This document shows, in pieces, positions 39,368-52,800 of a stretch of 64,000 bases of DNA; position 1 is the stretch's first letter; each line of letters starts with the position of its first letter. Below the pieces are notes generated by a model, which did no database searches, was not told where the DNA came from, and was given only the letters and a program-made list of their open reading frames with translations. The DNA is from Chlorokybus atmophyticus. Taxonomy: Eukaryota > Plantae > Mesostigma and Chlorokybus algae. The stretch is from assembly GCA_009103225.1 (NCBI GenBank), contig RHPI01000260.1:196203-260202 (forward strand), in the 5' to 3' direction. Position numbers and translations under genes: made by a program.

Positions 39368-40368
39368 GCAAGTGCTGCCGACACCTTGTTTGTACCACAT
39401 CTTCAGCGCTTGCAGCTTTCATATGTTGCTTGTGATAGCTTGCAGCACATACTGCGTGAGTTGCGTGTGCCAAATCGTGGTGACGTGAAATGTGCACGCG
39501 TTTTGGTGGCACAGGATATGCGCAGGGCTGTTGGTGAACTCGCCATTCGCCGCCTCGCATCCCCATCTCCTGTTTGGACTGCTGAGTAGAACTCAGTTAG
39601 CCACCTCTCTATCACCACTCAGGTTGCGTGTCGTGTAAGGTTTCAGCGCTGTCACCATGCACTGCTTGCCGGGTCTGCATGCATGTTTGCATACCTCAGG
39701 CAAGCGCTGCTTCAATGTCATGCACCAGTTACAAGGAAAAGATTCAAACTGTATAAGGACTACTGCTAGGGGAACCGTGCAACTTGTCTGGGTGTCCAGT
39801 AAACAAATGCGATTGAGTTGTGGGATGTGAACGGTTAGGCACGGTGGCTTCGCTGACAGCCAACAATGCATATCAATGACAATAGAGGGCTACAGCATTG
39901 CGCTGAGCCCAACTGCTGACTCGCTCCAGTGTGTAAAATAGTGTCTTGCACTCGTACAGCAATCTGGCTGATCATGTCAAACTCATCCAATGCTATGTTG
40001 GAAACATGCCACATCCTTTTCACAAGATTTCGCTTTGTTGCAACCAATAAGAGAAAGGCATGCAAGGGCTACACGACCCCTGCACCACAGCAGGCACTGC
40101 GTCCGCATCTTTGAACCGGATGCCGTGTATGATACATTTGCTGTGCACTACGATAACTGTGAGCACACCATAATGTTGAGAACATAAGAGGTACCGTTGC
40201 CAATCCTTACAGCGACGCTACCATACATCCAACAACAACGCACGAGACCACAAGAGATTGACAGTGCGATGGAAGCACAAGCAAGCACGGGCTGGAACCA
40301 GCAACAACGATATTAGAGTGGGAAGCCTGTTACGTCCAGCATACAATGGGTTAGGGTCAACTTGCGAC

Positions 40369-43068
40369 TCAATGGTGGTAATTTGACAGCAGACAAGATG
40401 TGAGAGTTTGGTTGGCCGATGCAAACTTGGCCAGGAAGGCCAGCACGGACTGAACCTCTGTGGGCCCGAAATAAACCACAGGTTGCTCCCACTTGCAAGC
40501 AGGGTAAAGCACCAGGGTGGGGTACTCGCCAACCTCTTCAAGGCCAGGGGGTGTGCACTCGTTGTCATCGCAATCCATCTTCAGCAGCAGCGGCATCTCA
40601 AACACCTCTGAGGAGGCATCTTCGTGGATGACACTGACAACAGCGTCATCAGTCGCATTGTTGTTGTGCTGCTTGAAGGGCCCTGCTGACGACTGCAGTG
40701 TACAGCGCTGGCTGTTGGCATTTATGCCTCGCGCAGCGCATTGCCAGCAGCTTCTGCCTCCACCTCCTGTCTGCAGTGCGGCGTGTGTGCCGCAAGCCAG
40801 CAGCTCTCGCTGCAGCTGCTGAAAAACGTAATCCATGCGCTTGCAGTAACCGCACCTGCAAGTATAAATACAAGCCAGACCACAACATTCAGTGATTGCG
40901 CCCACAGCAACGATCTTCAAGACCAATATGTGACTCAGTGTCTACAATACGGCCTCCAATTACATCTAATTTAATGATTCAATCACAATCGATGGTACTA
41001 CAGCTTCAACGACTTACCATGTCATGTAGAACATGACAAAGATGTCTCGATCCATCGCCTGTGCATTGCATGTGTCAATGAATGCCTCCCCATCAGCCAC
41101 AGGTGCATTCCAGACTCCACTTCTGCAACCATGTGTCGGTCCGCCAGAAAGGAGTGAGCTGAGCCCGCGTGCCGTGATGTAATGCACACCAGACTCGAGT
41201 GCACGCCGTGCCCTGGCTTCGCTGACGGGCTGAGAGCGCACGTATCGTTTCGCGTGTCCAGAACAGACCTCATTGACAAACGTGCCGACCGAAGCTGCTG
41301 TAATGGGCAGCATCCTAGGCATGATGTAATGTGCTTCCCTTGGGATATCTACGAGCGTGACAGCTGGGTATGGAGGCAAAACGCCTAAGCGAGATGGCAA
41401 TGGATCTTCCTCCAGGAGATCCATGTGCATGAACCGGGGTGATTTACTGCAGTCAGCAGCTCTGATTCTCTCCTTGTGGGTTGTGCCTGTAGCATTCTGT
41501 CGCTGGCGGTGATGCATGGGTGGATGCTCAGGTTCCTCGCTTGATTTTGACAAATACGCCGCTGCAACCTCTCGTACCGCAGCCATTGCAGCGCTTGAAG
41601 CTGTGCCAACATGGTCTTCGGCTGTGCGATTGACGAAAAGCAGCACCAGCGGCCTCTCCTTCTGGAATATAGTGGCAAAGTCCTCTCGCCTCAGCTGCAG
41701 ACCACCAACTCACTCTCATTTGATGCACTATGCTTGCAAGAATGCCATCGCACAGCTTTCATGGGTTAGACTGACTACCAGAGGTCAAGCAAATGCAGGT
41801 AGCTGCGCACACAGTATTGCTAAACTTGCCTCAGGTAGCAAAGGAGTCGCGTATTTGCGCAGCCATGTCTCAAGTGACGAGGCATTTCCCATGTGAACAA
41901 GCGGGCGCATACCCGCGCGAAACACTGCGGCTGCATGGGAGACTGACGGGGGTATCTGGAGCTCTTGGAGAAGATTGAAATCAGTGACCTGTCACCAACA
42001 CATAGCATGTCACTAAATTTGCTCAACAGGATGAATGCAAGCCTTCTGCATGCGCCAGTGGCTAGGAGGCAGCGTTCGTCTAAGCACACCTGGCCAGCAA
42101 AATGATGCGCTCGAAGCAGCCACTCAGCGGCTAGACCGTCAATCAAACTTCGACGCTGCTTGGCCTGCATGTCACCAGCACACAAACATGACACCAACAG
42201 TTTCACCAATAGTTTTGAGCCAACATCTCTCTGCTAAACAGCCCCCACCTGCCAACAGTTTGCGGTGGATGTGCCAAGGACGCCATTACCAAACAATGCG
42301 AGCGATTGACACCGATCGAAGGCCACAACTGCCACGTCAGCTTGGCTGACCAGCTGGAGCAGCTCTTGAGCAGAGTTGATGTACTTGGTAGGTATGTCTT
42401 CCCCTTGCAGGGACGCTGCAGCCGCAAATGCCGACAGGACAGCAGATCCCACATAAGGACCAGAGTACTCATAAGACTTATTGTTGCGCAGCAGCTTGAG
42501 GATGGGGGCCTGAACTATTGTGCAATGCTCTCTCAACAACGGATCGTCTATCACCTGCCGGACACGCGATGTCAATGATAGTTGCAGACAACAGTAGAAG
42601 ACTACAACATCGTTGTGAGCACCTTGACAAATTGACCCAAATTCTAAAACTACGCATGGCAACTGTCACGGACAAGCTCCAATCACCTGATGACAGTGAA
42701 CTGCTCTAAGCAACAACCCCGGTGAGGCGGGTTTTGTGCGCTGTGCATTCTTGATGTCACCTAGCAGCTTGCGTGTCAGCCCGCACCCTGCACGCAGCCA
42801 CTTAGCCAAGGGAAGTATAGAATGCAAAGAACTTCAGGCCAGGGGAAGGTAGACTGTGACACCCTAAACCACTTACATGGCACTGTGAACACGCATAGTA
42901 CGCTAGCTTCTCCGGCTAGAACTTGGCTAAAGTTGTTAGAAGTCAGCAACTCGAACTGGGATGGAGCCACAGCACAGTAACCTGAGACCTGCGACAAGGA
43001 TACAGAATTGCGGTCACACACGCAAGCGACAACATGCAAGGTATGCTCAGCATCACTTAACTTACAGG

Positions 43069-43103
<35 letters not shown>

Positions 43104-43215
43104 CGACGACGACGACCACGACGACGACGACAACAACACCACGTACCTGTAGCCTTGACAGTAATAGCAATACACATAGCGCCTGCTGCAACCACCAAGG
43201 CCAGCGCATTGACAT
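40369..43215 (-). CDS. Secretory multi-thioredoxin-domain protein (At3g19780/TXNDC11-like)
   Basis: Signal peptide MSMRWPWWLQQALCVLLLLSRLQ|VSG; FELLTSNNFSQV; last Trx domain MFYMTW|CGYCKRM...MDCDDNEC...EYPTLVLYPA...VYFGPTEVQSVLAFL. Confidence 0.72.
43061..43140. repeat. (AAC)n/(GAC)n trinucleotide tract in intron 1 of the thioredoxin gene
   Basis: Directly visible. Confidence 0.85.
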
Positions 43216-44504
43216 ATGATCAGGGTGGGAGAATCATTGCTGCGTGCACAGCAACACAATGTAAGCGGCCCAAGAGTGCAGACAAATGTGGTACAAACAG
43301 ACATGGCTGCTGTCAGTAGCTTGTGGCAGCCTACTTGATGAGTATGACAATGTTGTTCTACCCCAGCATTATGACCCAGCAAACCACAAGAAACTGATGT
43401 GCGTGTGCTGACGAGCGTGTGCACGAGCAAGCACGCATGCTAACATCTCACCAGCTGCTGTCACTGGGTATTCTCCTTTGCTGGACGCGTGCCACGAGGG
43501 CGAAGCCAGTTGTCCCTCGCGCGCTTGGCAGCGTCCTGCGCCTTCAACCGCTCCGCGTGTGTCAGTTCTGCCGCCTGCTTCAGACCAAAAGGTCCTGGCG
43601 CTAGCACGTCCACCACTGGCTGCGCTTGCCGCTCAGCCCGCCTGCAGTCAAACCTTATGCATCATCAGGGCCCACAACACATGCTACTTACATTCAATTC
43701 AAGTGCGATCTGCCAACCATCTTAATGTTGCTGCACTGTTTCCTTTCCTCGCAAGCCAAGGAATCTAGCAGAACATGCTACTTGCAGCGGCTTAGTGAGC
43801 CAGTAGTATGCTTTATTAATTGCCCGAAAACACCATGTCCAACGACATGAAAGAACAGTAAACAATGTTCAACTCCGAACTCAAAGTCTGCGCAACGTGA
43901 GCTAGCAACAACTGGTTAGTTTGGGCGTGCTCTCAAAAGAAGGGAAGCAATCACTTTAGACACAAAAAGTCAGTGACATTTCGTCAACGGCGTGCAAAGC
44001 CATCAACCGTACCGCACATCAGCCGTAATTGGCAAGCAGTCAAATCAACTCAGCAGCATCACGGCAACTACAGCTAACACAGCAGACCGACCAACACTTC
44101 CATATAGCTTGGAGACCTTAGCGACAGTGAGTCATGCACAGCCTGTTCAGCAAACCAGCAAGGGCCACAGCAGCAAGCCCAGCTGGTGCAAAGCTCACGC
44201 ACATACGCACACAAGAAAGGGCCCAGGCACTCGCCTGACAACCCGCGAAGCGACTCGCAGCAGGCCAGCACCCAGCTCCGCCACCGCGCCGCCCGCCGCC
44301 GCCGCCGCTCCCGCCGCTGCCGCCGCCCCTGCCGCCTGCATGGAAAACAAGCTTTGCCTGCAGGGCTCCACTCGAAGTTAACATCGTGCATCATGTCAGC
44401 CATGACGGCGTTGGTGGCGGTGCGATTGCCACATACGCAAAGGTGCATTGCCTGTCCATCCAGTCTGCGCCGCCCTCCTCTTCCTCCCCCTCCTCCTCCT
44501 CCTC

Positions 44505-46083
44505 ATGCCGCTGCTCCTTGTGCCGCTGCTGCTCCGGCCCGCAGCGCCTCCAGTTCAGCCAGGGTGAGCTGCAGCGGTGCTCAAGCATGCTTGGCTGTGG
44601 CTGCAGTTAGCATGCTAAGACATGTTCCACATGCAGTCTTCTTTGCTATATGTTGCTTGTGACTACCTGCACATAGCCGTTGAGTGGTGCAAGCACCAAC
44701 CGCTTACGTGCATTACACCCTAAAAGCGAATGAGAGAGTGCGTGCAAGCAACTTGTTGCGCTTTTCAGCTGCAGTCGATTCTGTGTTTCTTTATGTTTAC
44801 ATAACAGACGAGCTTGTGCTTTGAAGCTGGTCAGGTGCAGAGCAGTAGAGTCTGGTGCCGTGTTGGCCACACCCGTAACAGATGCCGAAACAGACGCCCT
44901 GACTGACAGCATCCTTGCAGTAAGCTACAGCCCCCTTCAGCTGCATGAACCTTACTGCTCGTGCAATGCGTGTGTTTAGCATCACATAGCATCACACTGT
45001 ATGCGCGGCTTGGCATAGAATGCCTTGTGCACAGAGCACGCGCGCAAGTGGCACTGAGGACGGGATCAATGTGGTCGCATTCTCGGGCGGTGTGGACTCG
45101 TCACTCACAGCCTGGATGGTGAGGCAATAGGTGCTATTGTTTTGGGTTTGCTCTATTGTGTTCCATGCCAACGACCAACAACAACATGATGTGGACATGA
45201 CCAACGGGCAGGTGCACCAAGCATTTCCTTTGCGTTCGGTTGCATGCATTGCCCGCAGCGCCTCCTTGGCAGCATCACAACTGGAGTTGGCCAGAAAAGT
45301 TGCGTCGCACATCGGGATGGACTTGCGAGAGGTGGTATCATGTTGGAAAGTTTCTCAATGCTCTTTGCATATCAGCTGCACATCTGGTATATATGCGACG
45401 TGGCACATGAATGGAAGCCAACATGTTGAACACCCCGTGTGCAGCTGGACACAAGAGAGGGGGAGTTGGAGGGTTACATTGCGAACGAGGGTGAGAGCTG
45501 CTACCACTGCAAGACAACACTCTACAGTACGCTAAGCAGCATCGTGTCAGAGTTCAACAAGTCCCAAGCCCAACACAACATCGTATTGTTCAACGGCACG
45601 AACGCCGACGACCTTCGCGACCCCACCCGGCTTGGCCTCATAGCCGCGAAGGAGTACTCAGTGGCGAGTCCGTTGGCTCGCTTGCCGAAGAGCGCTGTAA
45701 GAATGTTGGCTAAACGTGTCGGTTTGTCAAATTGGGACTTGGCCGCTTCACCTTGCCTTCGAAGCCGGCTCGCATACGGGGTGCAAGCAACATTATCCAA
45801 CCTTCAGCTCGTGGAGGAAGCTGAGGATAGGCTGAAGGTGAAGTTGGGTATTGAACCCACAGAAGACTTCCGGGTGCGCATGCTTGCGGGCAACGTGGCA
45901 ATTGTTGAAGTATGTGAGAGCAGGTTGAGAGATGCGGAGAGACGAGCCAACGTGGTTGCTGAAGAGCTTTCTGCTGTTGGGTTGGCTTCGTTCAGCATAA
46001 AGCCGTTTCGCACGGGGTCCCTGAGTTTGCATGGCGGTTACCAGACTGCTGTTGCTGACAGGACTACCACACTATGGCGTTGA
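44505..46083 (+). CDS. larE: LarE-family PP-loop ATP-dependent sulfur transferase (TIGR00268-like), probable plastid transit peptide
   Basis: Phase-consistent exons: MPLLLVPLLLRPAAPPVQPG|RACALKLVRCRAVESG...; INVVAFSGGVDSSLTA; ...LARKVASHIG; YIANEGESCYHCKT...GTNADDLRDPTRLGLIAA...SPLA...AASPCLRSRLAYG...DFRVR. Confidence 0.82.
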
Positions 46084-46502
46084 GCTCGCCCACTTGCTAG
46101 TGTTTTCTTGCTAGTGTGATACATCATGCCAGAGAGGTCCATCCGTATCCAACGAGTTGTTTTCCTTTTGTCAGGCAGCAAGTGTACAGTTGTTGATGCG
46201 CTACTCACTACACGCAGTGACATAACATGCCAGAACAGCTCATTCTGCCAGGAGTTCACAACACCGGCTTTCACAAGCAATTACTTTCTGTGGGCAAGCG
46301 TTTATTAGCAATTGAGCAGTTTGCTGCCGACAGGGTGGTCAGGTTCAGAGGCTGGGCCACAACACGCTGTCTACCGTAAGAACAAAATACAAAACTCCTG
46401 CTGCTGCTATCCGTTTGCTAAGCTGAGCGTCTCGCATGCAAGTAACTATACAACACAGCAGTCTAAGCGAGTTCTACCAACCAAAACGTCTGAACAACCC
46501 CT

Positions 46503-47387
46503 TCACTCGCTTTGCGCCACCTGACCTGCTTCAAGCGACTTTTGCAAATGACGAGCCAGCTGATCCACTGACGAGCGCGGCGACGCCCGTGGGACCTTCA
46601 CCTACACCAATGCCAGGCATTGTTGTTGTTGTTGTTGTTGCTGTTGGTGGTATTGGTTTGACACGTTGTTTCCCTTACCTCAGTTCCATCGCCTTGGAGC
46701 CAAGTCATGACGGGGATGTCGTACTTGTACGCTTCGAACCACTTGGGATTGGTTGTGATATTGCGCTCCTGTCACGCACACGTACTCACGTCAACCTCTC
46801 TCCGCAAGCGCATCGCAGCCCGCTACATTATCTGCAGATTACTGTGTCCATCATCGCACCAGCTGGCAACCAACGACAAAACCAACACTAGCATGCACGC
46901 TGTATGCAATTGCATGCATGCACAACGTGCATGTGCGCGCAAGGAAGCAAGATGAAGTAAACAACTTGCAGCCCGAAACCAGGATGCCAACTTGACATCC
47001 ACTGTACTGAAGAAAACTCTGATGATAACTTCCAAAAACTACGCTGCAGAATAAGGCAGCGTTCCGTAACAACAACTGGACCAAAGCAGCTGTTTTGAAA
47101 TCACAACAGAGACAGCATCAGCAGCAGCAGTCACAAGTACACGTCCTCACATGCATGGTGAAGTTGAGCTGGCCGGTTTGTTGCACTGCTTGGAGCTTCT
47201 CTTCAAGGCCTTCGCAGAGGTGGCAGCCGGGCTTGGAGTACAGCACCAGCGACAGCCCCGACGACGACGGCGACGCCGTGGACGACATGCACACCCGTGC
47301 CGCCACCCTGCCACCCCTCCCCTGCGCCAGCTGCTGCTGCTGCTGCTGTAAGGGTGGCGGCGCCAGGCGCAACGCCGCCCGCAGCAT
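46503..47387 (-). CDS. Glutaredoxin-like DUF836 protein, plastid-type presequence (3 exons)
   Basis: Exons 47387-47151, 46768-46679 and 46601-46503: LVLYSKPGCHLCEGLEEKL...|ERNITTNPKWFEAYKYDIPV...|VKVPRASPRSSVDQLARHLQ. Confidence 0.88.
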
Positions 47388-47456
47388 TGCTGCCAACGAC
47401 GACCAGAACAACGAGCACGACCGCGAAGAGGAGCACAGAGCAGGAGTTCTCTGCTG

Positions 47457-48991
47457 ATGGCGGCGGCGGCGGCGGTGTGGGTGAAATGCGTGAACAGCGG
47501 GCGGCGCCTGCCGCTCGCTCTGCCAGCCACCAAGCTCACGGTGCGCACAATGTTGTTGTGCTTGGACCACACCCAAGCGGATGTGGTAAAGTTATTTCAG
47601 TCAGTGACGTCCATGTCAACTTAGCTGAGTTCATGTCTCTGTTTACAAGCCCATAGAAGCAGCATCTATCTTGGGAGTTGTATTGCGGCTGCTTTCAATA
47701 CGCTGTTCCTGGTTGGGATCGTCCTGCATGCAACCGCTACAGAAAGCGCCGCTCTCTCAGCATTGAAGTGCAGTCTGTGTGTTTAGTCTCAAGCGTTCCC
47801 TAGCAAAGCACAGCATAGGCTACTAGAACCGCTACTAGTCTGGCTTGCATTGTGTTTAGTGTGAATTGGGGTCGTAGTGCTCTTGTGTGTGCTGTTGTTG
47901 TGGTTGATGTTGTTGCTTGTTTGCTTGAGTTGTGAGTCAGTCAGTCAACAGCGCACAGGCCTTGGAGCTCTGCAAGGCTGTGGCGGCGTCTGCTGGGTAT
48001 GCGCCCTTCTCCGCTGTCAAGCTTGTGCACATGGGAAGGTTGATATCGCCCTCATCGGCGGGTGATGCTGGCGCCAATGGTACTGACATCGAGCTACGCG
48101 AGGGAGGTGAGAGACAAGCATGTGAGATTTCAGATTAAATACACTGAGCATACTTCCCATAAGTGTGTATGTATACTCAAGAAGTCACAACAAGAATCCG
48201 ACTATGCGACCATGCAGACACAATATTGGCATTCGTGCCACCTTCCACGCCGCCACCATATGTGCCTAAGCCAATCGAGGTGGTTCCAGGGGAAGGTGAC
48301 GCTGATTCGGACGCTGATGAACATAACAGGGCAGAGGTACATACATCATGTCCACTTGTTATGTGCATGCGCGTTGGTTGCCATCATTTTACTTCCGTGA
48401 CTCAGGAGCCTGCTGGGAGCACTTCGGGACGCACAAGAATAGACTATGTGACTGCGTTTCTGCGGCACCGTGTACATGTGCCAGGTGTGGTGATGTGTTG
48501 CTGGTGAGATGTTGAACCATCAGTACCATGTTCTTGTTACTTATCAGGGTACTATCATACGCAGGAAAATACATAGACTTAATGCTTGCCATACCGGCGC
48601 GGCTGTTGCTCGCGTTGGTGCTCTGGTGTGCGGGATCAGTATACGCGTCACGCTGGGACTTTGGGCCAGTATATGTAAGTCATGTGCACATACAGCACCA
48701 GCTGTTGTCATCTCCCTATATCATAAGTGGCTTCTTGTCTTGAGCGCTGCAGGTGCTTGCATCAATCGTAGCTGTCATTTTCTACAACCTGGGCCACCGG
48801 AAACCTGGCGAGAGCAGGTGACATTGGCATGCATGACTCTGTGCTTGTGAATTTGAGAGTTGCGGTCGAATTTAATGACAGTGCTTCTGCCCTGCAGTGC
48901 ATACTCGGTGTTCAATGAGAACTTTGAGGAGCTGCCAGGGACCCTCAATGCCAACCAGATGGATCAGCAGGTGCGGCAAGGACGGCTATGA
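47457..48991 (+). CDS. Ubiquitin-like + SAYSvFN domain membrane protein (SAYSD1 family)
   Basis: UBL-like N-terminus (KLVHMGRLI...LREG), TM hairpin LLLALVLWCAG...WDFGP / VLASIVAVIFYNLG, then GES|SAYSVFNENFEELPGTLNANQMDQQVR; TGA at 48989-48991. Confidence 0.88.
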
Positions 48992-49896
48992 ATGGTTACT
49001 TCGGTGACAAGTGCTACCTGCACAAGCCTTGAGCACGTAGCACTTGTTGCTGCAGCTCCAATGCCTGTGTACCACTGTGTAACAACATGTATGTACAAGT
49101 GTACATGGTTCAGTTGGCAGGTACTTCTACCTGCCTAACTACGCGTACTGCCATCACCACACATGTAGGTTTGCATGTACGAATTCCCTCTTGCATCTTT
49201 TGTACACATAGTCAGACATGCGCTGCCAGCACCAACCATGTACTTTTGGTTGGCTGTGTTACCCATGATTTCCTTGTCCCAAGCAACAGTGTCTCTGAAA
49301 AGCCGTGACAAAATCGTCCCGCAACTCCAGTCATGCAAAGCACACAATTAGAAGTTGCCACTCTCCAAGCACATAAGGGTGTCACAAATGTTCGGCGTTG
49401 ACATTGTACTACCTCAGACCAACTGGTGGTGGTATTACATGGGTTACCAATTACAACAGGTTTAAGTGTACGACATTGACTCTACATACATATGCACATG
49501 GGTGTACACAAATCTCAGAGTCTGTGTATAGCGCTCTATGCTGCTCTATCTCACATGTGGTCACGCACACGCGCACCTTATACACACCGCACGCACACCA
49601 TACACAACCGCAAACTACTACAACTGAGAATGAGTGATGTCAGCTACACCAGCCAGTGACTGCATTGTGGCTGTTGCAAAGACAGCCACTTGTCCCTCAT
49701 ACATCACAGCAGACATGCAGCCGACACGCACAATCATCACATTGGTCATGAACGCCTGCGCAATTTGTACAATTGACAACAACGATCCGCACTTAACAAG
49801 CCCACAAATGCACTCTAGTATATGCTATATACTGCTTCACGCGCACTGGTGACAGCAGAGCTAATGCTAGCAAGCTAAACGGCAAAACTGCGCAGT

Positions 49897-52800
49897 CTAG
49901 TTCATTGAGCCACGACACCCTGGAGCGCCGCACAAGCAGGGCACCTTGTTGTCCTCATTAACAAACAGGTAATTGTATGTGAGCTCCTGCCCAGGCAGTA
50001 TGTTGTGGCGCGCATGAAAGACAATGTGCTTCTGAGGGCCAGCTGGGTGTACGCGGGCGTAACAATTGGGCTGGCACGAGTGGTTGATGAATCGAGAGAT
50101 GTCCCCAAACATGGTGGCATCCACGACCTGCACGTCGTCCACCTTGAACAGATAGCAATCCCTGCCCTGCTCGCGATACCTGCGCTCCCTCAAGTCCGCT
50201 ACCGAGGGCCTTACCAAGTCTCCCAAGTACTCTATCACCATGTCACCTTCCTGGATCGGCCGCCTGGCAATGAGGCCGTACCCATGGATAGCGCTTTTGC
50301 CCATGCACACGCGCAGCGGCCTCAGCGTGTCGTGCAGGTGACGAACTCTTTCCGCCATGGTCTCCTTCAAGGGCACCCTGCACGGCATGAGCATGCCCAA
50401 TTCTTCCATGCTGTGATGCGCGAGGCCCGATGGGATCTGAGGGATGGGCTTCCTGGGAGACACCACTTCGCCCATGCGAAGGACTTTGCTACCGCGTCTG
50501 TACACATCGCAGCGTGCCGCGCCACCTGTGCGCCGCTCCTTGGCCGCAGGCAGCAACACTTCAAGCAGCTCCATCGGCTCCGTGTGATCATCGCTGCTGG
50601 TAGTGCTGCCCTCCATTGCGCGGGCGTCAAGGACAAGCCGAGGGCTCTCGGCTTTGTAGGCCAGCTTGGGCGGCAGCTGAGCTGGCTGCTGAAGCTGCAT
50701 CAGCGGCTTGCTTTGATACTGTGGGAAAGGGCAATCTGGCCAAGGGTCCAACAGCTGTCCGTGCCTTCTACAGTATGCTAGCTTCAGCAACTCGCTATCA
50801 TCCTTATGTGCATGTTTCAACCTAAGCTCTAGCTTCAAACCAGCTATGCGGGCGCAGGATAGGTGAAAAGGCACCGCACAGTTCTTGCCTGCACACTGTA
50901 TGCAAGCGCCTTGTCTGCGCTTGCAGATTGAACACGTCAAGTTCCATCTATCTAATGGAATGCACTCAATCCCACACACAGGCGCCATCCTGTCCAGGTT
51001 CTCAAAGTAGGTCTCTGTAATCCATTGCGCGCAGGATAGATGAGCCCACAAGCCAGCCAGGGAGGCCTCCTTCAAGGCACCACCCGCTATTGGACAAAGA
51101 CAGCACTGCTGCGGCTGGTATGGAACATGCCGACAAACATCACACTGCCACGTGCCCTGCGCCTTATCTAGCCTTGTGCCGTAACACATTTCATGCACAG
51201 AAACCAAACACCTGCGATGCAGCAGACAAGCAATTAGGACAGCTGCACTCAACCGCTTTTCCAGTGAGACATTGCGTATGCTTACCTATCACAAGTAATG
51301 AGCATGTTCTTCTCGTGGTCGACAATCTCAAAGCAGATCGCGCACCTCTCCGCCGGCCACCGGACTCGGATTGGTTGGAGGAGGAGTTCCACTGCATGCA
51401 CCAGCAGATCAACACAGCACAACTTGTGCTCAACAACAGGGTGAAATACCAGTAGGGGTTGAGGACGTACCTACCTGGAGCAGCCGGTTCTTTCTTTGCT
51501 GCCTCCTTTTTCTGCGTCTCCTTTTTGGGTGCATCCTTCTTCTCTTTGGCAGGTGTTGCGGCTGTTGGTGTTGCTGAACCAGGAGGCTTTGGAGCCCCAT
51601 TTTCCAGCTGAAACACAACACCCCATCAGCAATACATCACCAACACAAAGCACCCAAGCGCGCCATGAACCACGCAAACCACAGCATACGGTTTTTGTGC
51701 GCAACTCCTTTACCCATCTTCCTATGGACATGGGCTGCGCAAGTGAAGGAAGATCGACTTTTATACTTTTCCTCCACTTCTTGCCTTTACTGCCCGCATG
51801 CCGCTCAAAGTCTGCTCCAGCAAATGTAATTTTGCCCTTGCACTTGTCACAGCGACAGATGACCCTACAGCAACAACGAGTCAGTAGCCTGCTGGATGCG
51901 GCTCATCAAGCCTGCTAAGCACTTATTCAAGCCAACTACCGCGTCATCAAGCACGAACTTACTTTGCATTGGCAATCAAGTACTCCCCGCGGAAGCCATT
52001 GCACACTACTGGAACCCTGTTTGCAGCATTCTCTTCGGACAATGGATCTATGACAGACTTCGGTCCGGGCCCATAAGAGAAGTGTGGTGCCACTGCTCCA
52101 TCACTGCGAACAGCAATGTTGTTAGCGCGTGTGCAGCATGCAATGTTGTGCGGTTGGTCAGTACATTGCCCATGCAAATTGCTTGCGATACGTACATCTT
52201 GATTGGGGCTGCTGCTGGTGCCTGGACCACCAACTGCGGTTGCGATTGGGACATGCGAGCTTGTAGCGCTGCTTTGCGACACTTTGGGCACTCGTAGTGC
52301 CGCCCGTTCTCCATATCCCGCAAATCATCTCGCGTGAGATTGTCACATGCCGCGTGCACCCACAAGCCGCACTTGTCGTTGTCACAGCACACCCAAGTCT
52401 GGTCGCTGTCGCTATAGCTGATCCAAGTTTTCTCACAAACAGGACAGAACTGTCCTTCTTTGTACGCCTGAACAAACCAATACTTGTGAATTCAACACGA
52501 ATAGGGTCATAACAAGCGCTTGTACTATATGACATGCTGATAACATCGCCACTCAAGCTTGAGACCGACCTTGGCACAAGCTGTGCAGCGACGCTTCTTG
52601 ATGTTTTCGCCCTTGTCTGGTTTCAAAATCTTATCACATCCACAGCACCGCACGCAAAGGCGCTTTGGTGGCGGACTGCCCAACTCTTGCCCTGAAGCGC
52701 TCTCGGGTGGAAGGCCAGCGTCTGTAACTAAGGCTTCCTGCATGGCCAGCGCAAACCTGTGCTGCATGCCAGGCGGCAGCGGCTTTGTCTCCACCAAACA

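Noticed and set aside
39835-40065. C-terminal DUF179 exon for the At3g19780-like gene
   Set aside because: Only a chance LLVAT match; no further DUF179 motifs or convincing splice sites.
50005-50781. 258-aa plus-strand ORF
   Set aside because: It is an antisense shadow of the GC-rich ATX SET exon.
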